Under the pieces are notes generated by a model. The model saw only the letters and a program-made list of their open reading frames with translations, was not told the DNA's origin and made no database searches. DNA of 63,937 nucleotides, counting the filler, from Chiloscyllium plagiosum (lineage: Eukaryota), in assembly GCF_004010195.1 (NCBI RefSeq). It is 4 parts of 2 records of this genome, joined end to end, with 100 filler letters (N's around TTAATTAATTAA, not from the genome) between each part and the next. Parts side by side here need not be neighbours in the genome. Positions count along the whole stretch, not along the records: positions 43,353 to 61,342 come from NC_057715.1; positions 61,443 to 63,937 come from NC_057716.1; 2 more parts are not named here. One strand, 5' to 3'. Each line of letters starts with the position of its first letter. The first letter of the stretch is position 1. The translations under genes were made by a program, and so were the position numbers. Below are positions 51,944-62,190 of the stretch, piece after piece.

Positions 51944-53210
51944 GGAGAAAGTGAGGACTGCAGATGCTGGAGATCAGAGCTGAAAAATGTGTTGCTGGAA
52001 AAGCGCAGCAGGTTGGGCAGCATCAAAGGAGCAGGAGAATCGACGTTTCGGGCATAAGCCCTTCTTCAGGAATGAAGAGGGTGTGCCAAGCAGGCTAAGA
52101 TAAAAGGTAGGGAGGACGGACTTGGAGGAGGGGCATTGGGAATGCGATAGGTGGAAGGAGGTTAAGGTGTGGCTGATAGGCCGGAGACGGGTTGGGGGCG
52201 GAGAGTGCAATTTAGTGTCAAGGCTGCTGTAGTTAGATTCTCTCTTGCTTGGAGATGCTTATTGCCTAGCACTTGTATGGCTTGAATATTACTTGGAGGA
52301 GAAAGTGAGGTCTGCAGATGCTGGAGATCAAAGTTGAAACTTTATTGCTGGAACAGCACAGCAGGTCAGGCAGCATCCAGGGAACAGGAGATTCGACGTT
52401 TCGGGCACAGGCCCTTCTTCAGGAATCTAAGTTTGGGTTGTGTCACTGCACAACCCAAACTTAGATAATATCCAGGTCTTACATATAGAGTCATAGAGTC
52501 CTATAGCACAAAGATAGGCCCTATGGACCAAACTGTTCCATGTCAACCAAAATGTCCATCAACACTAACCACATATTCCTGCACTTGGCCCATGTCATTC
52601 TAAACCTTTCCTATCCATGTATTTGTCCAAATGCCTTTTAAACCCACCTCAATCACTTCCACTGGTAGCTCATTCCATGTGCGTACCATCCTCTGTGCAA
52701 TAAGGTTGTCCCTCAGGTTCCTTTTTAGTCTTTCCCCTCTAACCTATGTAGAGAGTGTTTCAGTGTTTCATGAGTTGTAAGTGGTGTAAATATCATGCAG
52801 CAGGTCAGACAGCATCAAAGGAACAGGAGAATCGACGTTTCGGGCATAAGCCCTTCTTCAGGAATGAGTAGGGTGTGCCAAGCAGGCTAAGATAAAAGGT
52901 AGAGAGGATGGACTTGGGGGAGGGGCGTTGGGAATGCGACAGGTGGAAGGAGGTTAAGGTGTGGCTGATAGGCCGGAGACGGGTTGGGGGCGGAGAGTGC
53001 AATTTAGTGTCAAGGCTGCTGTAGTTAGATTCTCTCTTGCTTGGAGATGCTTATTGCCTAGCACTTGTATGGCTTGAATATTACTTGGAGGAGAAAGTGA
53101 GGTCTGCAGATGCTGGAGATCAAAGTTGAAACTTTATTGCTGGAAAAGCACAGCAGGTCAGGCAGCATCCAGGGAACAGGAGATCCGACGTTTCGGGCAC
53201 AGGCCCTTCT

Positions 53211-53370
53211 TCAGATCCCTTTTAGGGGCATCTGTTTCATCAAGGCTGTTTCCATCAGTCTTTGGGTGAGCCCTCGTATACAGGGTATGACGCAACAGCC
53301 AATGCCCACCAATACCCTGACTACTACTATCAGGGAAGTAAGGATAGAAACCACCACCCCCTTTTTCTGC
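53211..53370 (-). pseudogene. env: Second, shorter copy of the env fragment
   Basis: Reverse complement of 56761-56920. It lacks the MAWENRIALDMIL part and is fused directly to Penelope sequence. Confidence 0.8.
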
Positions 53371-53630
53371 GATGATACGATGTATCTGGAGGTTGGTGGG
53401 GTGGTAGGTGAGGACCAGTGGTGTTCTGTCCTGGAGGTGATTGGAGGGGTGGGGTTCAAGGGCGGAGGAGCGGGAAGTGGAGGAGATGCGGTGGATAGCA
53501 TCGTCAACCATGTCTGAAGGGAAATTGCGGGCTTTGAAGAAGGAGGCCATCTGGGTTGTTCGGTTTTGGAATTGGTCCTCCTGGGAGCAGATGCAGTGGA
53601 GGCGAAGGAATTGGGAATATGGGATGACGT

Positions 53631-56142
53631 TTAAACAGACCCACTACCACAGCCACATCTCCTTCCTCAGCGCCTGTCTGCGGAACCGACTGACCCCGCA
53701 TGGATTCTGGACCACGTTCAGACCAACAAAATTTGGACCCAACCAGGACATGCTAAATTGCCCGTAATGTGAGGTAAGGGGTAAATGTAGGGGTATGGGT
53801 GGGTTGCGCTTCGGCGGGTCGGTGTGGACTTGTTGGGCCGAAGGGCCTGTTTCCACGCTGCAATCTAATCTAATCTAATCTAAACAGTACCTACAACAAA
53901 TCTGAAGCCTCGAACAACAGATCTCCCTCCGATCCTCCGATCCACACTTGCAGTCATGCGCCGCTACCTACATTCCCTCCAGTCAGCCCTGCCCCAGCTC
54001 AGGACAACATTCTCACAGACCTGCAAAGGACCTCTACTCTGCTTCATCCACAGAAGAATCCATACACTAAACAAACAGTTCTTCCTATCCATATCGGAAA
54101 TTAAAGACAGTAAGTACCAAAAACTTTCATGTACTTACCCCCACACTTTGGATTCCTCAACCGTTCCAGAATCTTCCATCGGCCTCCGGAACCACTCCGG
54201 TGCCATTAACTATGTGGCCGCTGCAGCAACTGCTGCCGCGAACCATGACGTCACTTCCGCCCCCACCGACCATGCAGCCTCTGCAATCGCCACCCAGACA
54301 ACGTGCCTCCACGATCGCCAGGAAGATCATCGCCGACAGATTCGCAGCCTCCGCAGGGTCCACAACCACCAGGAACAACACCGTTTCTGCATTCGCCGCA
54401 GCCACTTCCGGCCCCGGAGTTGCCATCGCCGCATTTACTTCTGCCCCCAGTGACGTCACTTGCCTGCACAACGACCACGCCGTATGCGTCTCTGCCCCCG
54501 TCCCGATCTCCGCCCCTGCGCCGAACCCTGCCCCCCGCCAATCCCCACCCCCACGCCGATCTCTGCCCACACGCCTATCTCCTACACCACGCCTAACCCC
54601 GCCTCCACGCCCATCACCGCCCCCATGAATAACTCTGCCCCCATGCCTATCCCCGCCCCCACTCCCAGCTTTAGCCCCACACCAGGTCCTAGCTCCCAGC
54701 CCTGCCATATTTTTGCCATCCCTCCTGACCTCNNNNNNNNNNNNNNNNNNNNNNNNNNNNNNNNNNNNNNNNNNNNNNNNNNNNNNNNNNNNNNNNNNNN
54801 NNNNNNNNNNNNNNNNNNNNNNNNNNNNNNNNNNNNNNNNNNNNNNNNNNNNNNNNNNNNNNNNNNNNNNNNNNNNNNNNNNNNNNNNNNNNNNNNNNNN
54901 NNNNNNNNNNNNNNNNNNNNNNNNNNNNNNNNNNNNNNNNNNNNNNNNNNNNNNNNNNNNNNNNNNNNNNNNNNNNNNNNNNNNNNNNNNNNNNNNNNNN
55001 NNNNNNNNNNNNNNNNNNNNNNNNNNNNNNNNNNNNNNNNNNNNNNNNNNNNNNNNNNNNNNNNNNNNNNNNNNNNNNNNNNNNNNNNNNNNNNNNNNNN
55101 NNNNNNNNNNNNNNNNNNNNNNNNNNNNNNNNNNNNNNNNNNNNNNNNNNNNNNNNNNNNNNNNNNNNNNNNNNNNNNNNNNNNNNNNNNNNNNNNNNNN
55201 NNNNNNNNNNNNNNNNNNNNNNNNNNNNNNNNNNNNNNNNNNNNNNNNNNNNNNNNNNNNNNNNNNNNNNNNNNNNNNNNNNNNNNNNNNNNNNNNNNNN
55301 NNNNNNNNNNNNNNNNNNNNNNNNNNNNNNNNNNNNNNNNNNNNNNNNNNNNNNNNNNNNNNNNNNNNNNNNNNNNNNNNNNNNNNNNNNNNNNNNNNNN
55401 NNNNNNNNNNNNNNNNNNNNNNNNNNNNNNNNNNNNNNNNNNNNNNNNNNNNNNNNNNNNNNNNNNNNNNNNNNNNNNNNNNNNNNNNNNNNNNNNNNNN
55501 NNCTCCATCCCCCATCACGAAGGCCTCAAAGCCCCCCGCTTCTTCCTTTTCCGCTGCACCAACCAGTACCCTTCCACTGACACTCTCCTTCGACTGACTG
55601 AACTGGTCCTCACTCTGAACAACTTCTCTTTCCAATCCTCCCACTTCCTCCAAACCAAAGGAGCAGCCATGGGAACCTGCATGGGCCCCAGCTATGCCTG
55701 CCTCTTTGTCGGATATGTGGAATAGTCCATCTTCCGCAGCTACACTGGCACCACCCCCAACCTTTTCCTCCGCTACATCGATGACTGTATCGGCGCTACC
55801 TCGTGCTATTATGAGGAGGTTGAACAGTTCATCCACTTTACTAACACCTTCCACCCCGACCTCAAATTTACCTGGACCGTCTCAGACTCCTCCCTCCCCT
55901 TCCTAGACCTCTCCATTTCTATCTCGGACAACCAACTCAACACAGACGTTTATTATAAACTGACTGACTCCCACAGCTACCTAGATTACACCATCTCCCA
56001 CCCTGCCCCCTTTAAAAACGCCATCCCATATTCCCAATTCTTTCGCCTCCGCCGTACCTGCTCCCAGGAGGACCAATTCCAATATCGAACAACCCAGATG
56101 GCCTCCTTCTTCAAAGACCGCAATTTCCCCTCAGACGTGGTT
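53631..56142 (+). pseudogene. Penelope-like ORF (N-terminal region, low-complexity linker, reverse transcriptase), disrupted
   Basis: HIFAIPPDL before the gap. After it: SIPHHEGLKA...LVLTLNNFSF...GAAMGTCMGPSYACLFVG, RYIDD (YIDD at 55774-55785), LPFLDL, YKLTDSHSYLDYTISHP, NAIPYSQF. Stop at 55723-55725, SINE tail inserted at ~53749-53883, N gap at 54733-55502. Confidence 0.9.
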
Positions 56143-56721
56143 GAGGTCCTTTGCAGGTCTGTGAGAGTGTTGTCCTGAGCTGGGGTAGGGCTGACTGCAG
56201 GGAATGTAGGTAGCGGCACATGGCTGCAAGCGTGGAGCGGAGGATCCGGAGGGAGGTCTGTTGCTGGAGGCTTTAGATTTGTTGTAGGTACTAGTTGTCC
56301 TGGTTGGGTCCAAACTTCGTTGGTCTGAACGTGGTCCAGAGTCCATGCGGGGTCAGTCGGTTCTGTAGACAGGCACAGAGGAAGGAGATGTGGCTGTGGT
56401 GGCGGGTCTGTTTAAACGCCATCCCATATTCCCAATTCCTTCGCTTACACCGCATCTGCTCCCAGGAGGTCCAACTCCAATACCGAACAATCCAGATGGC
56501 CACCTTCTTCAAAGACCGCAATTTCCCCTCAGACGTGGTTGACGATGCTATCCACCACATCTCCTCCACTTCCCGCTCCTCTGCCCTTGAACCCCGCCCC
56601 TCCAATCGCCACCAGGGCAGAACCCCACTGGTTCTCACCTACCATCCTACCAACCTCCAGATACATCGTATCATCCTTNNNNNNNNNNNNNNNNNNNNNN
56701 NNNNNNNNNNNNNNNNNNNNN

Positions 56722-56920
56722 ATGGCATGGGAAAACAGAATAGCCCTTGATATGATTTTAGCAGAAAAAGGGGGTGGTGGTTTCTATCCTTACTTCCCTG
56801 ATAGTAGTAGTCAGGGTATTGGTGGGCATTGGCTGTTGCGTCATACCCTGTATACGAGGGCTCACCCAAAGACTGATGGAAACAGCCTTGATGAAACAGA
56901 TGCCCCTAAAAGGGATCTGA
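56722..56920 (+). pseudogene. env: Endogenous retrovirus env TM-subunit fragment (class I, HERV-I-like) with internal deletion
   Basis: MAWENRIALDMILAEKGG (immunosuppressive-domain motif, 56722-56775). In a shifted frame from 56768: KGVVVSILTSLIVVVRVLVGIGCCVIPCIRGLTQRLMETALMKQMPL (membrane anchor and cytoplasmic tail). Confidence 0.82.
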
Positions 56921-57266
56921 AGAAGGGCCTGTGCCCGAAACGTCGGATCTCCTGTTCCCTGGATGCTGCCTGACCTGCTGTGCTTTTCCAGCAATAAAGT
57001 TTCAACTTTGATCTCCAGCATCTGCAGACCTCACTTTCTCCTCCAAGTAATATTCAAGCCATACAAGTGCTAGGCAATAAGCATCTCCAAGCAAGAGAGA
57101 ATCTAACTACAGCAGCCTTGACACTAAATTGCACTCTCCGCCCCCAACCCGTCTCCGGCCTATCAGCCACACCTTAACCTCCTTCCACCTGTCGCATTCC
57201 CAACGCCCCTCCCCCAAGTCCATCCTCTCTACCTTTTATCTTAGCCTGCTTGGCACACCCTACTCA

Positions 57267-57300
57267 TTCCTGAAGAAGGGCTTATGCCCGAAACGTCGAT
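57267..57300 (+). ncRNA. Minimal hammerhead motif (one of six intact-looking cores in the compound insertion)
   Basis: CTGAAGA-A-GGGC TTAT GCCC-GAAA-CG-TC. The others are at 56917-56944 (+) and ~52042-52069, ~52395-52422, ~52834-52861 and ~53187-53214 (-). Confidence 0.7.
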
Positions 57301-58209
57301 TCTCCTGTTCCTTTGATGCTGTCTGACCTGCTGCATGATATTTACACCACTTACAACTCATGAAACACTGAAACACTCTCTACATAGGTTAGAGGGGAAA
57401 GACTAAAAAGGAACCTGAGGGACAACCTTATTGCACAGAGGATGGTACGCACATGGAATGAGCTACCAGTGGAAGTGATTGAGGTGGGTTTAAAAGGCAT
57501 TTGGACAAATACATGGATAGGAAAGGTTTAGAATGACATGGGCCAAGTGCAGGAATATGTGGTTAGTGTTGATGGACATTTTGGTCGACATGGAACAGTT
57601 TGGTCCATAGGGCCTATCTTCGTGCTATCGGACTCTATGACTCTATATGTAAGACCTGGATATTATCTAAGTTTGGGTTGTGCAGTGACAAGTAATATTC
57701 AAGCCATACAAGTGCTAGGCAATAAGCATCTCCAAGCAAGAGAGAATCTAACTATAGCAGCCTTGACACTAAATGGCACGATCTTCACTGAATCCCTCAC
57801 CATCAACATCCAGGGGTTATCATTGATCAGACACTGAACTGGATTAGCCATATGAATACATTGGCTGAAAAGAGCAGATCAGAGGCAATGAATCTTGCAG
57901 CAAGTAAATTACTTCCAGTATGTCGCACATTCATTCTGCATGGAGGAGAATTTGCTTCAGAAAATATCACTTGGGAGTGCCTTGGCCCCAGAGGTGTTTC
58001 AATGGACATCTGGTTCAATATGTCACAAGGCCTCCAAGGAGTCATCTGCCTAATGGATAAGATTGATTCATGGGGAAAAAGTTGAGGAGTGTAATGAGAG
58101 AGTGCACACAGTTTGTCATGCAGTTTGTCATTCATCCTTAAAGACAAGCGTGAATTCTTGAAAACATTTATTTGATTTTTGGGACATAATGTCAGCAGTG
58201 AAGGCAGAA

Positions 58210-58400
58210 GTCACATGACACTAGGTTATAGTCCAACAGATTTATTCAAAATCACAAGCTTTTAGAACACTCTCCCTTCTTCACCTGACAAAGAAGCAGT
58301 GCTCTGAAAGCTTGTAATTTAAAAAAAAACTGTTGGACTATAACCTGGTATCATGTGACAACTTTGTCCATCTCAGTCCAATCCCAATGCCTCTACATCA
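58210..58400. mobile_element. Fold-back element, family 2, with 17-bp TSD
   Basis: cagcagtgaaggcagaa at 58193-58209 and 58401-58417; arms aggttatagtccaacag / ctgttggactataacct. Confidence 0.85.
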
Positions 58401-58602
58401 CAGCAGTGAAGGCAGAACAGTGGACATACAATGGTTTATACAGCCACAGGAGTTGTATGAAGGAGCAGCACCAACCTCCTCCCATCAACTACTTCCTACT
58501 GCTTGACTGGGACAAAGCCAATCAGGATCATTATAATAAAAGGGATTATCAGCACTCACATGATGGCATTCAATCCCGAGACAAACCAATCTCCCCAGCT
58601 CA

Positions 58603-58805
58603 AAGAGTCATACAGTCATAGAGATGTCCAGCGTGGAAACAGACCCTTCGGTCCAAACCGTCCATGCCAACCAGATATCCCAACCCAATCTAGTCCCACC
58701 TGCCAGCACCCAGCCCATATCCCTCCAAACCCTTCCTATTCATGTCCCCATCCAAATGCCTTTTAAATGTTGCAATTGTACCAGCCTCCACCACATCCTC
58801 TGGAT
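58603..58805 (-). mobile_element. CR1 3' UTR fragment (another at 59734-59875)
   Basis: Matches the 3' end of 23768-24000. Confidence 0.88.
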
Positions 58806-59875
58806 TAGACAAGAATGAAGCCTCCAGACTGCCCTGAGTTTGTGAAGTCACATTAGTGTGGTGGAGTGTCAGAACTATTATAACATAAGAAAAAGGAGTA
58901 GGTGTAAGCAATTCAGCCCTTCAAGCCTGCTCTGCTATTTGACGTAATTACATTATATGATCTCATCTCAACCTCAACTCCACCTTCCTGGCTGCTCCCC
59001 ATAACACATTTAAAAAATTGCTAATTAACTATCTATGTATCTCCTCCTAAACTGCTCAATTTCTCTTCATTAGTCATGGCTTTCACTTCTGGCATTTACC
59101 CTCATAGCTGGTTTATATCTCACTTCAAACTCGTGCCTTGTAGATCACTGACTGATGTAAGTGTGCTTTACGTTCTACCATAGCTGGTGTGATTTCAATC
59201 TCATGAATTGTGACTATACTGCAACCTGTGAATATAATTAGTTTTATCACCACTGCACCACTGGTATCTACCTGATAGAAGATTTTTTGGAAGCCATGAT
59301 GAGCATGTAAATTGATACCACAGTGTGATCATGTCAATGTACAGAGTTGGTGATCCTTTATCTATTGTAAGACTGTCTCTTGTGGGCAATTCCATTTTGC
59401 AAAACTTGCTGAGATACATGCTTTACAGAGGCATAGTTGTAATGTATTAGCTGTTAGCTTTTAATGTGTGCTGTCCTGCCTTTTTGGGACATAGGCTAAT
59501 AATGTCTTTAAAGGTTTCTGATTGTCTGTGTGTGCAACAATATGGAAAGTTTGGTCTACTTATGAAATTTGCTTCTCAGGATGGACCTGGGGCTTCATTA
59601 ATATGTTTGCACTTGTGTATTTTTGTAGCAACTTCCTGACTGCTATTGTTGTGATATTGTGTCACTTTGTTAATTGCCTCTGTTTTGTTCCAGGGTCTGG
59701 CTTGGCCTTTGGAACCAAATTTCCTACACACAAAGAGTCATAGAGATGTACAGCATGGAAATAGACTCTTCAGTCCAACTTGTCCATGGTGACCAGATAT
59801 CCCAATCCAATCTAGTCCCATCTGCCATAACCTAGCCCATATCCCTCCAAACCCTTCCTTCATATACATATCCAG

Positions 59876-61795
59876 ACTTGCGGAGAGGTGCGAGGGAAGA
59901 GCGAAGGACTTCGAGAAAGTCATATATTTGTGTGGTTGCGTTACCCGAAACACTACTTGGGTAGTGTCTCCCACCCATCCTCCTCCTCTAACCAAAAAAA
60001 AAGTTCTGTGCACCAGATTGTTAAGGTCACGAGTTTATTTTTTATTCCTTATTTTTCAACAGTCTCTTTGGGAATTTAGAATAGTGGGAATGGAGGTTAG
60101 GGCAGTTGAATGTTCCTCCTGCAGAATGTGGGAGGTAAGGGTCACCACTAGTGTCCCTGCTGACTACATCTGCGGGAAGTGCACCCAACTCCAGCTCCTC
60201 GAAAACCGCGTGAGGGAACTGGAGCTAGAGCTGGATGAACTTTGGATCATTCGGGAGGCAGAGGGAGTTATTGAGAGGAGTTACAGGGAGGTAGTCACTC
60301 CTCAGGTACAAGAAAAAGGCAAATAGGTTATAATCAGGGGATGGAAAGGGAACCAGCAGGCAGTGCAGGGATCCCCTGTGGCCATTCCCCTCAAAATAAG
60401 TATACCATTTTGGATACTATTGGTGGGGAGACTTACCAATGGGAAAGCAGTGGCACACAGGGCTCTGGCACAGAGTCTGTCCCTGCTGCTCAGAAGGGAA
60501 GGGGGAAGAAGAGCAGAGCAGTAGTCATTGGAGATTCCATAGTTAGGAGGACAGATGGGAGGTTTCGTGGGGACAAGAGACTCATGGTTGGTATGTTGCC
60601 TCCCAGGTGCCAGGGTTCATGATGTCTCTGATCGTGTTTTTGGGATCCTTAAGGGGAAGGGGGAGCAGCCCATGTTGTGGTCCACATAGGCACCAATGGC
60701 ATAGGTAGGAAGAGAGATGGGGATTTAAGGCAGAAATTCAGGGAGCTAGGATGGAAGCTTAGAGCTAGGATGAACAGAGTTGTTTGTTGCCAGTGCTACG
60801 TGCTAGTGAGGTGAGGAATAGGGAGAGAAAGGAGTTGAACACGTGGCTACAGGGATGGTGCAGGAGGGACGGTTTTGGATTCTTGGATAATTAGGGCTCT
60901 TTTTGGGGTAGGTGGGACCTCTACAAGCAGGATGGTCTTCATCTGAACCACAGGGGTACCAATATCCTGGGGGGGAAATTCGCTAAGGCTATTGGAGTGG
61001 GTTTACACTAATCCAGCAGGGGGAATGGGAACCAAAATTTGAGTTCAAGTATAGAAAAGGTTGAGAGTCTGAAATCAAGTTTCAGGGACGCAAGATGGCA
61101 CTGGCAAGCAAGAAGTTGGTTTGAAGTGTGTCTACTTCAACACCAGGAGCATCCGGAATAAGGTGGGTGAACTTGGAGCATAGGTTGGTACCTGGGACTT
61201 TGATGTTGTGGCCATTTCGGAGACATGGATAGAGCAGGGATGTCTACTTCAACACCAGGAGCATCCGGAATAAGGTGGGTGAACTTGGAGCATAGGTTGG
61301 TACCTGGGACTTTGATGTTGTGGCCATTTCGGAGACATGGATNNNNNNNNNNNNNNNNNNNNNNNNNNNNNNNNNNNNNNNNNNNNTTAATTAATTAANN
61401 NNNNNNNNNNNNNNNNNNNNNNNNNNNNNNNNNNNNNNNNNNTGACCTTATAGAGGTTTACAAAATCATGAGGGGCATGGATAAGATAAATAGACAAGGT
61501 CTTTTCCCTGGGGTGGGGGAGTCCAGAACTAGTGGGCATAGGTTTAGGGTGAGAGGGGAAAGATATAAAAGAGACCTAAGGGGCAACATTTCACACAGAG
61601 GGTGGTACGTGTATGGAATGAGCTTCCAGAGGAAGTGGTGGAGGCTGGTACAATTGCAACATTTAAAAGGCATTTGGATGGGTATATGAATAGGAAGGGT
61701 TTGGAGGAATATATGCCAGGTGCTGGCAGGTGGGACTAGATTGCATTGGGATATCTGATCGGCATGGACGAGTTGGACTATCTCCATGACTCTAA
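59876..61795 (+). mobile_element. CR1 LINE 5' end (ORF1 at ~60090-61011, start of ORF2), then gap, then CR1 3' end
   Basis: ORF1 reads MEVRAVECSSCRMW...YICGKCTQLQLLENRVRELELELDEL (CxxC..CxxC plus coiled coil), then VVIGDSIVR, HIGTN and DGLHLN (SGNH esterase-like). ORF2 starts LKCVYFNTRSIRNKVGEL...VVAISETW. Stops and frameshifts are present. Confidence 0.92.
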
Positions 61796-62190
61796 CTAAA
61801 TTATGTCTCATTTATGTCATAACTCTATCTTTACACTTAGTTTCTCTTATTTACACTATGCTTGTCTAAAAAAATTTTTGCTAACCACAGCTTTGAACAT
61901 TTCATTGACTGCCAAACCCCACCATACCAATCTCAGTAGGTTTGTTTGTGTGTGTGGGTGAGTTCTCACCTTCCCTTGCCCTTGTGTGAAGACAATCTTT
62001 CCTGACATCACCTTGGATTAACCTAGCTCTAATGCCCCTTTGTTGTGGACTCTCCTATCAATTCATTTAACTCTCATAATCACCCCCCAATTAGATCATA
62101 CCTTAATTTTATAGGTAGAGAATTTTTATAATTTTATTCGATTTCTCCTAATTTTATGCATTTTACAAGAAATTATGCTATTTCTTCCAG

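Larger units (their letters stand above)
51943..57335. mobile_element. Compound Penelope insertion with inverted arms, captured flank DNA and env fragment
   Basis: 52441-53370 is the near-identical reverse complement of 56761-57690, and 53371-54034 is a more diverged reverse complement of 56143-56678. tgatatttaca occurs at 51930-51940 and 57336-57346. Confidence 0.8.

Noticed and set aside
51943..53215. Repeat-spacer alternation resembling a CRISPR array
   Set aside because: The repeats are 130-260 bp Penelope pLTR modules in a vertebrate context, and there are no cas genes.
54157..55854. Long ORFs of 294-565 aa
   Set aside because: They are inflated by a 770-N gap. Only the plus-strand Penelope frames are meaningful.
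61129..61342. Exact ~102-bp tandem duplication in the CR1 ORF2 start
   Set aside because: Identical copies abutting a gap are most likely a contig-end artefact.
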